From an uncultured archaeon (GTDB lineage: Archaea > Thermoproteota > Nitrososphaeria > Nitrososphaerales > Gagatemarchaeaceae), in NCBI GenBank assembly GCA_963799775.1, contig CAWCYD010000003.1, positions 1,664,001 to 1,728,000 on the forward strand: 64,000 bases of DNA. Direction: 5' to 3'. The translations under genes were made by a program, and so were the position numbers. Under the pieces are notes generated by a model, which had not been told where the DNA came from, ran no database searches, and saw only the letters and a list, made by a program, of their open reading frames with translations. This document shows, one piece after another, positions 50,370 to 61,072 of this stretch (position 1 is its first letter; each line of letters starts with the position of its first letter).

Positions 50370-51026
50370 GTGGTAATCGCGATCGTCGGGATATCCGCCT
50401 ATCTGGCGTACGTGGGCTTGAACGCCCCGCAGGCGGCCTCGACGACGAAGCCCGTCATCCTGTACGTGAACCAGGGCAATCTTTTCGTGAACGAGTCGAC
50501 CTACCCACAGCTTCTCAGCGTCGCGAAGTCTCACGGGTTCAACACCATCTTCTTCCAGGTCTACCGGGGCGGGACTCTCCTGTACAACGACAGCACCCTC
50601 AGTCAGTTCGCCGTCTCGGCTCACAAAGACGGCCTGAAGATCTTCTTCGCGCTCCTCTTCTCGAACGCCACCAACCCTTTGCCCACCAACATCTACCACG
50701 ACGGAGAGGACGGGATTAGCTTCGACATGTCCAGCCTCTCCATCAACGACCAGTACTCTATCTTCGACAACGTAACGGCCTCCTACACGGGCAAGACGGC
50801 CATCACGACCACCGACCCCACGCTCCCCCTGAAGCCGGACCTTCTGGTTCTCGAGACGTACGAGCCGGGCTACCAGCAGTACATCCATCCCGGGATAATC
50901 GGCAGCGTCGAGGTGGTCAACACGACGAGTCAGGCTGATTACAATAGCGCCTTCTATTACGCGCTGGACAACAGCGACGGCGTGATGGTCTTCGACTACG
51001 CGGGCCTGCTCAAGTCAGGATACTGA
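50370..51026 (+). CDS. Membrane-anchored extracellular protein, possible small TIM-barrel or glycosidase
   Basis: N-terminal TM; AKSHGFNTIFFQV...AHKDGLKIF...DGISFD...DGVMVFDY. Confidence 0.6.
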   Translation: MVIAIVGISAYLAYVGLNAPQAASTTKPVILYVNQGNLFVNESTYPQLLSVAKSHGFNTIFFQVYRGGTLLYNDSTLSQFAVSAHKDGLKIFFALLFSNATNPLPTNIYHDGEDGISFDMSSLSINDQYSIFDNVTASYTGKTAITTTDPTLPLKPDLLVLETYEPGYQQYIHPGIIGSVEVVNTTSQADYNSAFYYALDNSDGVMVFDYAGLLKSGY

Positions 51027-51065
51027 CCCAGAGCATTATTATCTCACTCGCGGACAGTTGGTGCG

Positions 51066-51623
51066 ATGTCGCTTCATCCTGAACCCGACTCTCGAAGCCT
51101 TCTGCAGTTCTTCATCATGTCCGGCCGTCTCAAGGCGGAGCTGAGGAGAGGGTGGATGAAGAAGCTGGGGATGGACCACCCGGAGTCGGTGGCGGACCAT
51201 TCATACCGTACGGCCCTGCTGGCGATGGTCATCAGCGACCTTCGGGGGCTCGACTCCGGGAAGGCGATGAGGCTCGCAATACTGCACGACCTGCCCGAAG
51301 CAATAGTCGGGGACGCGACGCCAGAGGAGAGGTCGGGGGAGCGCAAGACACAGCTCGAGACAAAGGCGATGGAGGAGCTGTTGAGCGAGCTCCCCAAGGA
51401 GATCAGGACCAGCTACAGAGAGGCCTGGCGCGAGTACGCCGAGGGGAAGACCGCCGAGTCGCGCCTGGTCAGGCAGCTCGACAAGGTCGAGATGGCCATC
51501 CAGGCCTGGGAGTATGCCAACGGGGCAGGCGACCCTTCGTTGGCGAAGGAGTTCTGGGCCTCCGCGAAGGGTCACGTGAACGACGAAGACCTGGTGGAGC
51601 TCCTCACGCAGGTGGAGCCCTGA
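51066..51623 (+). CDS. HD-domain hydrolase (YfbR/HDDC2-like)
   Basis: RRGW, ESVADHSY, LHDLPEAIVGD and DKVEM motifs. Confidence 0.9.
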   Translation: MSLHPEPDSRSLLQFFIMSGRLKAELRRGWMKKLGMDHPESVADHSYRTALLAMVISDLRGLDSGKAMRLAILHDLPEAIVGDATPEERSGERKTQLETKAMEELLSELPKEIRTSYREAWREYAEGKTAESRLVRQLDKVEMAIQAWEYANGAGDPSLAKEFWASAKGHVNDEDLVELLTQVEP

Positions 51624-51626
51624 GGC

Positions 51627-52568
51627 TCACAAGCCGACCGTCTGCTTCCCGTATTTGGTCTTCACTTCTTCGGCGGGTATGAACTCCCTCTCGTAGGACT
51701 GCAGCTCCTTCAGGCCCCCTAGGTCGAAGAGCTTCCTGAGGTCGCTCAGCGGGTGGTCCTTGTACCTCCTCTCGAACTTCACCTGGGCCTGCGTGTCCTC
51801 CCTCTTCAGCTGCTCGAGGAAGTCCCAGACGGCGACGGACATGGCGTGCAAGGAGGCGAAGGGGTAGATCATCAAGGCCACGCCCATCTTGTGGCACTCT
51901 GCCACGCTGAGCCTTGGCGATATGGCGGTCGGGTGGAAGACCGTGGGGGCGCCCGTCTCGTCGCATATTGTCTCCAGCTCCTTTTTCGACGTCAGTCCGT
52001 CGGCGAAGACCAGGTCGGCGCCTGCATCCCAGCAGGCCTTCAGCCGCTCGACCGCGTCATCTATCCCCCCGCCGACTGCCCCTCTCGCGTCCGTCCTTGC
52101 GATGAGCACGAAGTCCGGGTCATCGGCTCTGATGACGCGCTTCGCCGCCTTGATCTTGCCGACCATCTCGTCGATGGAGACCACCTGCTTCCCCTTCAGG
52201 TGCCCGCACCGCTTCGGGATCACCTGGTCCTCGATGTGTATCCCGGCCACACCTGCGCGGATGTAGTCCTTGACCGTGCGCATGGTGTTCAGGGCGTTGC
52301 CGTAGCCGTTGTCCGAGTCGGCGATGAGCGGCAGGTCTGTGACGCTCGTGATGTACCTGGCGTTGGCCTGGACCTCGGTGGCCGTGGCGAGCCCAAAGTC
52401 CGCCATGCCGAGCTTGGACATGGAGGTCGCCGCCCCTCCCATGTACAGGATGTCAAAGCCGAGTTTCTCGGCGATCCTCGCGCAGTATGGGTCGTGGACC
52501 CCGGGAGCGACGATAGGTTTCTGCTTCCAGTTGTTGAGCTTCTTCCTCAGGCCCCTCGTTGTCTTCAT
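51627..52568 (-). CDS. Isocitrate lyase/PEP mutase family (PrpB-like) enzyme
   Basis: DSDNGYG, IEDQVIPKRCGH and IARTDA motifs. Confidence 0.9.
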   Translation of the reverse strand: MKTTRGLRKKLNNWKQKPIVAPGVHDPYCARIAEKLGFDILYMGGAATSMSKLGMADFGLATATEVQANARYITSVTDLPLIADSDNGYGNALNTMRTVKDYIRAGVAGIHIEDQVIPKRCGHLKGKQVVSIDEMVGKIKAAKRVIRADDPDFVLIARTDARGAVGGGIDDAVERLKACWDAGADLVFADGLTSKKELETICDETGAPTVFHPTAISPRLSVAECHKMGVALMIYPFASLHAMSVAVWDFLEQLKREDTQAQVKFERRYKDHPLSDLRKLFDLGGLKELQSYEREFIPAEEVKTKYGKQTVGL

Positions 52569-52701
52569 GGCTGTGCCAGCAGCAGGGCACGAGTAATAAG
52601 CGATGCTGGCGGATAATTCGTGAGGCGGAACCTTCGTGTGCGATTATCTATGCGAGAGCATGATTGGTGGGAAGAGCTTCAGTAGGACTTCGAGGTGAGT
52701 C

Positions 52702-53103
52702 TCACACTTCGATTGAAGGACCCGGGATTGCCTTGCGTGCGGAGCGGCTCTTTCCGTTCTTCGGCGCGCTCATGAATAGTTCCTCGATTGCCTCTAAAGG
52801 ATTGTCAGTCAAATGAAAAGTGATTCTTCGTCGTCCTCTTGCATTCCCATTTCTGCCTTTCCTGACAAGGGTCGCTCTTACCAGCCCAATTGCCTCGAAA
52901 AAATCCATGTGATCCATCACCGCCGAATAGGAGATTTCTAGTCTCTCTCTCAACTCCTCGCTTGTTAGAGGGCCTTCGGCAAGGGCGGACAGAATCTTCA
53001 TCCTCGAGTCACACTGGCGGCTGATGAGAACCGTTCCTCCCAGCTTGATGAGAGTAAAGTCGCCAAGACGGCTGGAAACCTCGGTCGTCTTGACCTTGAG
53101 CAT
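52702..53103 (-). CDS. ArsR-like winged-helix regulator
   Basis: SRMKILSALAEGPLTSEELRERLEISYSAVMDHM...GLV. Confidence 0.78.
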   Translation of the reverse strand: MLKVKTTEVSSRLGDFTLIKLGGTVLISRQCDSRMKILSALAEGPLTSEELRERLEISYSAVMDHMDFFEAIGLVRATLVRKGRNGNARGRRRITFHLTDNPLEAIEELFMSAPKNGKSRSARKAIPGPSIEV

Positions 53104-53242
53104 CCAGCGGCGGTTGAGTTAGGGGCTTCTTTTAGGGTTTACGCCGTTCCCAATTTTTCGGGCTCTGCCCCAAATTATAGTGATTTGTCCCAATAGACTT
53201 AAATACAACTGAGGCGGATAATAACGTAGGTAATAATAGAAC

Positions 53243-54184
53243 ATGTCGTATAGATTGCATTCCCCCGGTCTTGAGGGGCGACAGGGGAGAGTAGGGAAGT
53301 GTCCCCGATGCGGCAAAGGACCTCTGGCTGAGGATTCCAACACTGGTGAGTTCTACTGCACCAACTGCGGGTACGTGATGAAGGAGAAGCTCGAAGAGAC
53401 CAGACCCGAGTGGAGGTCTTTCTCTGAAGAGCAGGGCGGAGAGAACAGGGCCAGGACTGGCATGCCCACCTCAATCACGTCGTTCGACATGGGCCTCTCG
53501 ACGGTGATCGGCTCGTCCAACAGGGACGCGTCCGGCTCCTCGCTGTCTGGCGCCATGAAGCACACGATGGACAGGGTGAGGATCTGGGACAAGAGGAGCC
53601 AGGCGGCCAACTCTTTCGACAGGAACCTGCGGCAGGCGTTCAACGAGATGAAGATGTTCGCCGAGAAGCTGGCGGTCCGCGACGAGGTCATCGAGAGGGC
53701 GGCCTACATCTACAGGAAGGCAGTGGAGAGAGGAGTCACCAGAGGCAGGTCGATAATCCAGATCTCCGCGGCAGCGCTCTACGCGGCCTGCAGGGACATG
53801 GAAGTCCCGAGGACGCTGAAGGACGTCGCAGCGGTGAGCAACGTCACGAAGAAGGACCTCGCCAGGTCTTACAGGATCCTGGTGAGGGAGATGGACCTCC
53901 AGATGCCCGTGCCCGACCCGATAAAGTCTGTCTCGAGGATTGCCTCGAGGGCCACCGTCAGCGAGAAGACGAAGAGAAGGGCACTCGAGATACTCACGAA
54001 GGCCCACCAGAAGGAAATCGTCGCCGGCAAGGACCCGATGGGGTTGGCGGCCGCCGCGCTCTACGTGGCATCCACCCTAGAGGGGAACGGGAAGACCCAG
54101 AAGGACATCGCCGACGCAGCAGCGATCACAGAGGTCACCCTCCGCAATAGGTACAAGGGCCTCAGGCTAGCTCTGGGCATCTAG
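53243..54184 (+). CDS. tfb: Transcription initiation factor IIB
   Basis: CPRC...CTNCG, PEWRSF B-reader, DMGLST, PRTLKD, GKDPMGLAAAALY and TEVTLRNRY motifs. Confidence 0.95.
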   Translation: MSYRLHSPGLEGRQGRVGKCPRCGKGPLAEDSNTGEFYCTNCGYVMKEKLEETRPEWRSFSEEQGGENRARTGMPTSITSFDMGLSTVIGSSNRDASGSSLSGAMKHTMDRVRIWDKRSQAANSFDRNLRQAFNEMKMFAEKLAVRDEVIERAAYIYRKAVERGVTRGRSIIQISAAALYAACRDMEVPRTLKDVAAVSNVTKKDLARSYRILVREMDLQMPVPDPIKSVSRIASRATVSEKTKRRALEILTKAHQKEIVAGKDPMGLAAAALYVASTLEGNGKTQKDIADAAAITEVTLRNRYKGLRLALGI

Positions 54185-54205
54185 AGAGAAGCCTTTCTCT
54201 AGAGC

Positions 54206-54667
54206 TCAACGAGAGCTCATCTCGAACCCGATGACGTGTCTGTTCGCCTTGTCGTACCGGAACGCCGCGTCGAACTTCGCCCCCCTCAGCATCAAGGGCA
54301 ACCAGAACTGGTCGTCCTCCCACATCTCGTCATAGGGCGGGCCGTCGATTGAGAACCATCTGACAGGCCCCTCCTCACCCGACCTCACCCCTCCCTGAAT
54401 CTTCTTCGTCGAGAACAAGTGGGCCCTCATGAAGACCTCGGACTTGCCCTCCATCATGAAGGTCAGCACCCCGTGATAGAACAAGTTCGAGACGCGCAGG
54501 CCCGTCTCCTCCAGCACTTCGCGCTTCGCGCATTCCTCTGGGGTCTCTCCCGGCTCGCACTTGCCCCCGGGCGCGTTCCACTTGCCGATGCTTATCCCAC
54601 GTGTGGCCTTCTTCAGGAGGAACTTTCCGTCGCGGATGACATGGCATATCGTAGCCTCGATTACCAA
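54206..54667 (-). CDS. NUDIX hydrolase (8-oxo-dGTPase/MTH1-like)
   Basis: KWNAPGGKCEPGETPEECAKREVLEETGL; MWEDD. Confidence 0.9.
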   Translation of the reverse strand: MVIEATICHVIRDGKFLLKKATRGISIGKWNAPGGKCEPGETPEECAKREVLEETGLRVSNLFYHGVLTFMMEGKSEVFMRAHLFSTKKIQGGVRSGEEGPVRWFSIDGPPYDEMWEDDQFWLPLMLRGAKFDAAFRYDKANRHVIGFEMSSR

Positions 54668-54728
54668 AGCGCTGTCGTTTGCCCGACGCGCCGACAGCGC
54701 ACGAAGATATTAAACCTGGATGACCTGA

Positions 54729-56877
54729 TTGTGGTCTACGAAAAGAGCGGCCTTCGTCGTCCTGTCGATCTGCCTACTCATGATGGCTCCGAGACTGGCC
54801 GCCGGGATTCAGCTTCAAGCCCATTCACCGGCCGCAGCCTCGCCAACGGCTGTCGATGGAGCCCGTCGGCCTGTCTTCACGCCTCAGGACGGATGCGCCG
54901 CGTCTGCGGCAGTAAGAATGGGGTGCGCGACAGGCGGTCAAGGAGGCTTTGGCAACCTGACGTATCATGGAGGACCAGTCATGCACTCGGTGACGAACTA
55001 CGCGATCTTCTGGCTGCCTCAAGGATATCACTTCGACACGCCCTCCATCGACGCCTCCTACTTGAACGCCAGCGACTCGGGCTACGAGGGCCTCGTGGGG
55101 CGATACCTGAGCGACCTCTCCGACACCGCGTACTACTCCATCCTCCAGCAATATCCCGACTCCGCCGGCCCAGCCGGGCTTGCGACGACGTTCGGCGGCT
55201 CGTGGGTCGACACGTCGCCGTATCCCAACTCCGAGGGAAGCCGCTCGAACCCTCTCCAGGATGGCGACATCCAGGCGGAAGTGACCAGGGCGATGAGCGC
55301 GAACGGCTGGTCGGCGAGAGATGGGAACAACACGTTCTTCGTGTTCACCGGCCAGAACGTATACAGCTGTGCCGGGAGCGAATGCTCGTACCAGGACTAC
55401 TGCTCGTATCACTCTGCCTTCGGGGCCGCGGACGGCGAGACGGTCACGTACGCGTACATACCCGATCCTGGGAATGCAGACGCCCTGCCCTGCCTAGCCA
55501 CAGCAGCGACCGGCCGTCTGGCCCCCAACGGCGCGGCTTTCGCAGACTCGGCTGTGAACCTGGTCGCGCACGAGGGCTTCGAGACGGTCACAGACCCTGC
55601 GTTCAACGGCTGGTACTACCAGGCACCTCCAGCACGAGATAGCTGACGAGTGCCTGTGGAAGTTCGGCGCCGTGGCTATCGATGGGAGCGACATCGTGCT
55701 CAACGGTCACAAGTACCTCCTTCAGGAGATGTGGAGCAATCAGGCCGGAGGCTGCTTCATCCCTTCCAACGTTCCAACGCTCCCCGTGGAGGTGAGCTAC
55801 CAGGTGAAGGGGACCAGCTCGCCTCTCAGTCCTCCGTTCTTCATCTACTGGTCGGGCGGCGTGCTGCGGGACGCGCAGCTCTCCACCGTCTCCCAGAAGC
55901 TCGACGTCGATCAGCTCAGCTCTTGGAACGTCACTAGCCTGCTCAGGGGCTCGACCGCGACCATTAGGTACCAGACGCCTCAGAGCACGACCGGCACGGT
56001 GAGGTCGGCCGAGTCGATCGCCTTTACCTATTACGAGCAAGACTTCGTAGACTTTGGATTCTCTGTAGTGGGCGGAGGCAGCGGATATTCGTCTCCTTCG
56101 ATAACTGTCATGCAGTTCGGCTATCCAGAGACCGTTGGGAGCTCGTCCCAATGGGTAGACGTCCAGTCGAGCTACAACTACGCAGACCCGCTCGTCGGCT
56201 CCGGACCGAACGAGAGATGGGAGTCCCAGTCTCCAATAGGGACTGTGACCTCGGCCGGGAACGTTAGCGTCGGATACCATCATCAGTATCTGGTCTCCTT
56301 CAAGGTCACTGATGCCTCCGGCTCGAAGACCTTGGCCCCCACATCGTTTGAGCTGCAATCATCGTCTCAGCCCAACGCCACACTTTCAGTTCAGGGAGAG
56401 ACGGCGTGGCTGGATGCAGGGAGCGCTTCCGTGGTCACCCAGGTGGTTTGGGAGGGAGTGAACGTAACGCCTTCGCCCCCAGGCAACATTGTCACAGTCG
56501 AGTCCCCCGGGGTGGTGACGATACCCGCAAGAGTCTACGATGCTACCCTCAAGGTAACGGATTGGCTTCGCTTCCCAGTCTCCGGGGCCACCGCGAACAT
56601 CCAGCTCGTGAATGGCACCTCATTGAGAGAGACCACGGGAAGCGACGGGGAGGTGACACTGATGTCTGTCCCTCTCGGGCGCTTCAACGCGACAATCTCC
56701 TATCTTGGTCTCTCGCAGAGGGTCGACGCCCAGGTGAGCTTGGGTAATGGGCAAGTGCCTGTGACCCTGTTCTCGAGCCTGCCAGACTTGGGCGGCATTG
56801 TTGCTTTGGTAGCGGTGGTCTCGGTCGCTTCCGCGTTCGTGGCCATGAGAAGAAGGAGAAGACCCTGGGTCTACTAG
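54729..56877 (+). CDS. Large membrane-anchored secreted protein with an N-terminal Phi-1/EXORDIUM-like domain (frameshift near 55630)
   Basis: Signal peptide; LTYHGGPVM, YCSYHS, AHEGFETVTDP, then EIADEC...QEMWSN; C-terminal TM plus RRRRR. Confidence 0.7.
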
Positions 56878-57962
56878 GCCCACTTGTCCAGCCTGGCGAG
56901 CTGCTCTTTCTCGCGCCTGAGACGCGAGACCCGAACCCCGACGAGCCGCACCGGCTTCTTCCTGTACTCGAACTCTTTCATGAGTTTGCGAGCCTCGTGC
57001 CTCAGGGCCTCTTCGCTGTCTGTGAAGCCGGTCAGGGTCGCCTCACGCGTGAATGTCTGGAACCCCTTGAAGCGGATCTTGATCCCCACGACCTTGAACT
57101 TCACGTTGGCGTCGCGCACTCTCTCGGCGAGCTCGCGGGCCTCGACGTCGACCTGGGCGTAGACGTGCCCAAAGTCTTCGACGTCCTCGCCAAACGTCCT
57201 CTCCACGCTCATCGACTTTAACATGTCCCTCTCGAAGACAGCCAGCTTCTCCTCGGCCTGGATGACCCCCCAGAGCCAGACCCCGGTCTTCCCGAACCAC
57301 TTCATGAGCTCCTGACCGGACATATTCTGAAGTTCCCCGATGGTCGCGATGCCCTTCTCCTTCAAGAACGCCTGGGTCTTTGGCCCCACCCCGGGGATGA
57401 CGGCGACAGGGAGCGGAGTGAGGAACCCCTTCGGATCGTCGAAGGGGACGACCGTCAGCCCGTCCGGTTTCTGCCTGTCAGACGCGATCTTCGCGAGCGA
57501 CTTGTTGGGGGCGACCCCGACGGAGCACGTTATCCCAAGCGTATCCCGTATGTCCTTCTTGATCACCACGGCGAACTCCTTTGCTTCCTCTACATTCTTG
57601 GTGCGGCTGGAGACGTCTAGGAAGGCCTCGTCGATCCCGGTCTGCTCGAACCTGTCGGCGTGCTTCCTCAGCAGGTCCATCACCTGCCCCGAGATCTCGC
57701 CGTAGCGCTCCCACCTCGGAGGGAGGTAGACGGCGTCGGGGGCGAGCCTGTACGCGGTCGAGATTGGCATGCCCGACTTGAGGCCGAGCTTCCTAGCCTC
57801 GTAAGAGGCGGTCATCACTACGCCTCGCGCCTTCCCGCCTGAGGGATCCGCGCCTACCACGACGGGGAGGCCTTTGAGGGAGGGGTTGTCCTTGACCTCG
57901 ACCGAGACGTAGAATGCGTTGAGGTCCACGTGGAGTATAGCCCTCCAAGCACTCTGCGACAT
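56874..57962 (-). CDS. dinB: DNA polymerase IV (Y family)
   Basis: HVDLNAFYVSVE, ASYEAR, GIDEAFLD and AKIASDRQKPDG motifs. Confidence 0.95.
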   Translation of the reverse strand: MSQSAWRAILHVDLNAFYVSVEVKDNPSLKGLPVVVGADPSGGKARGVVMTASYEARKLGLKSGMPISTAYRLAPDAVYLPPRWERYGEISGQVMDLLRKHADRFEQTGIDEAFLDVSSRTKNVEEAKEFAVVIKKDIRDTLGITCSVGVAPNKSLAKIASDRQKPDGLTVVPFDDPKGFLTPLPVAVIPGVGPKTQAFLKEKGIATIGELQNMSGQELMKWFGKTGVWLWGVIQAEEKLAVFERDMLKSMSVERTFGEDVEDFGHVYAQVDVEARELAERVRDANVKFKVVGIKIRFKGFQTFTREATLTGFTDSEEALRHEARKLMKEFEYRKKPVRLVGVRVSRLRREKEQLARLDKWA

Positions 57963-57972
57963 CTAAGAAACA

Positions 57973-58797
57973 CTACAGCGTGGCTTGGGTCGATTCCTTG
58001 CCCTTGCTCCAGTCGACCTCGATCATCCCGAGGAGCCTCCTGAACTCGTTGACGGACTCAGGCCCGAACCCCGCGAAATGGTTGTTGAAGAAGACGAAGG
58101 ACTCGTGGATGGATTTCCTCTTCTCCTTCAGCTCGGTGGCCCACTTCTCCATCTCGTCCCTCATCTCCTTCTGGATGCCGGTGAACTTCGTGATCTCGCG
58201 CGTGCCAACCATCCTGAGGTAGACGAAGTCCGCCGTCACCTCCGGAGGTGTCTCCAGGTACTGGTTGATCGACCACGCCATCGCGACGTTGTTCTTCTCC
58301 AAGAGCTTGTAGGTCTCGGGCGTGAACCAAGACTTGTGCCGGAACTCTATCGCGTGCCTGAACCTGGGCTCCAGCGAGGAGACGAACTTCTCCATGACCG
58401 CCTTGTGCTTCTCCACCTTGACAGACGGCGGGAGCTGGACGACAATCGGGCCTAGCTTGTCGCCAAGCTTGCTGAAGACGCTGTAGAAGTACAGGAGGGT
58501 GGACTCGAAGTTCTCGAGCTTGTTCTCGTGAGTGATCTTCTTCGGGAGTTTCGGGGAGAACGTGAAGCCTGGCGGGGTCACGCTCTTCCAGTGGCTCACC
58601 ATCGAGGGAGAAGGGATCCTGTAGAAGCTGGAGTCTACCTCGACGCAGTCGAAGACCCGGGAGTAGAGCTTGATGTAGTCCTTGGCGTCGGTGCCAGTTG
58701 GGTAGAAGGGGCCGACCCAGTCCTTGTACGACCAGCCGCTGGTGCCGATCCTGTACGCCTCTTCCTTGGACAAGGCGAGTCGAGCGACCCCCGTCAA
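57973..58797 (-). CDS. DUF72-family protein
   Basis: IGTSGWSYKDWVGPFYP, EVDSSFY, QLPPS, EFRH and FNNH motifs. Confidence 0.92.
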   Translation of the reverse strand: MTGVARLALSKEEAYRIGTSGWSYKDWVGPFYPTGTDAKDYIKLYSRVFDCVEVDSSFYRIPSPSMVSHWKSVTPPGFTFSPKLPKKITHENKLENFESTLLYFYSVFSKLGDKLGPIVVQLPPSVKVEKHKAVMEKFVSSLEPRFRHAIEFRHKSWFTPETYKLLEKNNVAMAWSINQYLETPPEVTADFVYLRMVGTREITKFTGIQKEMRDEMEKWATELKEKRKSIHESFVFFNNHFAGFGPESVNEFRRLLGMIEVDWSKGKESTQATL

Positions 58798-59104
58798 CTA
58801 ATAAGGGTGGTCTCGGACTCTTTCAGACAGGGCCGGAAAGCCAGATATCCGCCCTCGCCAAGGGATGGACCCGGTATTCGAAATGAAGTCGAGCAAGACA
58901 GGAGTGACGGTCACGATTCCGATGGACATCTGGCAGCCCCTGGCCGAGGTCCGCTCTCAGCTTGATGCCGCCTGCCCCGGCGCGCCGACTCCGGTGGAGG
59001 AGGTCCATCCGCGAGGTGATCTTGCACTACGAGCGGTGCCCGAACGCGCAGGACGAGACCGAGGCCTTCTGCGAGAGGGCGAAGGCCTGGAAGAAGCGCT
59101 GAGG

Positions 59105-59584
59105 CTAGCTCAGCTTCACGAACTGCTGCTCGCCTGAGAGAGGGGAGACGACGACGGCCGTCCCGAACGCGATTATCTCGGTCATGCTCTGAGCCAGCTC
59201 CGTAGAGTCGAACATGATGCTGATCACAGCGTTGGCGCCCATGTCCTTGGCGTGAGCCGCGAGCCTGTCAAGGGCCTCTTGCCTCGCCTGGTGCGCGAGC
59301 TCCGTGTACTCCCTGATCTCTCCTCCCGCAAGCGTCCGGAGGCCTGCGACGAGGTTACCTCCAAGCCCTCGAGAACGCACTGTTATTCCGTAGACCATAC
59401 CTATCACCCTGTCTATCTTGTAGCCGGCTGCGTAGTTCGCGGTCAACATCATCATCGCCTGTCCGGAAGATGAAGCCGACGCCCCCATCTGTGGCCCCAT
59501 CATCTGCTGTTTCAGGTTGTTCCCGCAGAAAGGGCAGAAGGTGGAAGTGTCGTCGACAGTCTTCCCGCATTTCTGACAGATCAT
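59105..59584 (-). CDS. YbjQ/UPF0145 heavy-metal-binding family protein with zinc ribbon
   Basis: CQKCG...FCPFCG; GGEIREYTEL...GANAVI...AFGTAV. Confidence 0.9.
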   Translation of the reverse strand: MICQKCGKTVDDTSTFCPFCGNNLKQQMMGPQMGASASSSGQAMMMLTANYAAGYKIDRVIGMVYGITVRSRGLGGNLVAGLRTLAGGEIREYTELAHQARQEALDRLAAHAKDMGANAVISIMFDSTELAQSMTEIIAFGTAVVVSPLSGEQQFVKLS

Positions 59585-59656
59585 AGGCTGGAAGTGCGCA
59601 TCGTGAGTTCTATATTCCTTTGCAATTGAGATTATGGTAGCGACTTACGGCCCGTA

Positions 59657-60135
59657 TCAGACCAAGGCGGCGAGGACCAGTGACAGGCCCGAGATGACGA
59701 AGAGCCCGTTGAGGATCGGGTTGTCATAGCGCATGTGCGCGAGGGCGATGCGTCTCCTTCCAAAGAATATCCCGCCCTCTGTCAGCGCGTCGAGGAGCAG
59801 GTGGGAATACGCGAGGGTTGCGCCTAGTCCTACAGCGATGATGGCTTGAGACAGGCTCGTTTGCTGCCCGACGAGGAAGTCGTAGAGGTAAACAGAACCC
59901 AAGGCGACGGAAATGCCCCATATTGGTGCGGTGAAGACGGAGTGCGTCCAATAAGACCTGACGGCGTAGCCGTCTTTCGACCTGTGTCCCAGTATGTCGA
60001 TGAGCTTGTTGATCGAGACCGTCAGCCAGAAGACAAGGACGAGGCTAGGGAGAATCGGGAGTCGCCCGATCTGGCACGCGAGGTAGAGACCTAGCCCCAG
60101 AGAGAAGATGTCGTGGGTGACGGCCTTCACTGGAG
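59657..60135 (-). CDS. DUF1286-like membrane metal-dependent hydrolase
   Basis: THDIFS, DILGH, RSYWTHS and SHLLLDALTEGG motifs; start approximate. Confidence 0.75.
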
Positions 60136-60212
60136 AAGTGTTGTAGGTTTCGAGATTTAAGCCGCCATCTGCCCTGCGGGACACGATGGGATTCCGCGCA
60201 TGGAGATAGAGA

Positions 60213-60240
60213 GGGGCCGCGGGGGGGACTCGAACCCCGG
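60213..60240 (-). repeat. tRNA 3'-end-like fragment, copy 1
   Basis: Minus strand reads CCGGGGTTCGAGTCCCCCCCGCGGCCCC (T arm plus acceptor 3' strand) with no 5' half. Confidence 0.7.
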
Positions 60241-60273
60241 CGATTTGACGTGGTACAGCGATGAATCCGGAAG

Positions 60274-60891
60274 CTAGTAGGTGAGATCTACGTATGAGCT
60301 CGAATAACTGCCACCCTCACCGCATCCATCGTTGACCCAAATTGTTCCGCTCCACGAGGGTGTTATACTTCCGGATGAATCACTTTGGGATATGGAGTCA
60401 AAATAAGTGGATCCGCTAGCGGGGTAATCTCCACATTCGTTATAGACGTTAAAATCCGCGGTCTCCAAGACGACATAACCCCAGTAAGGAAGGTTACTCG
60501 TATTGAAGCCGGCAGGACCGAAGGAGGCAGAGTAGTCGTAATCGCTATCATAGATGTTCGTGTCGTACGCGCATGTTATTGAATTGCAGCTAGTCTGAGT
60601 TATACTTCCATATACGGTGTCATACTCAGGAATACCGCATTGCGCCGTACCATAGTAGGCTTCACCCAAGTTCGAGTCTACAAACCAACTGTTGATGGCG
60701 TACGTTTGAATTCCCTGTCCATTGAAACAACCCGCAGTATTATCGTATGACGGCCCCCACTCCAACACGGGTTGCATCAGTCTTCCGTATCCCGTGCTGT
60801 TATCCATGATTCCAATCCATAAGAATATGGTCTGCCCGTCGTAGTCGCTTGGATAGGCGGGAGCCTCCCAGTTCGCTGAAAAGCCGGTCAT
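60274..60891 (-). CDS. Acidic secreted protein, glutamic-peptidase (G1)-like; N-terminus truncated
   Basis: FSANWEAP, LWIGI, LMQPVLEWG and VVLET motifs; lower GC than the backbone. Confidence 0.55.
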   Translation of the reverse strand: MTGFSANWEAPAYPSDYDGQTIFLWIGIMDNSTGYGRLMQPVLEWGPSYDNTAGCFNGQGIQTYAINSWFVDSNLGEAYYGTAQCGIPEYDTVYGSITQTSCNSITCAYDTNIYDSDYDYSASFGPAGFNTSNLPYWGYVVLETADFNVYNECGDYPASGSTYFDSISQSDSSGSITPSWSGTIWVNDGCGEGGSYSSSYVDLTY

Positions 60892-61072
60892 ATAATTAGA
60901 ACTGTAGTCCTCAGTTTGTTCAATCCATGTGGAGCCTGAAGGCCCCGTCCCCGGATGAACGTATCACGAATTCATAGTTTCAAAATATTCTTTTTGCAAG
61001 AATGTACTGATTCGATTTCGTGTAACGATAATGGCTCAAGCAACGCATGCTTTTCTGCACTTGAGCAGATTT

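Noticed and set aside
416-56877. Many apparent pseudogenes or programmed frameshifts (pfdA, eif6, nep1, DRG GTPase, HtrA, ABC permease, IS110 transposase and others)
   Set aside because: Single-base indels, often at short homopolymers, also hit essential genes. This is best explained by sequencing or assembly error.
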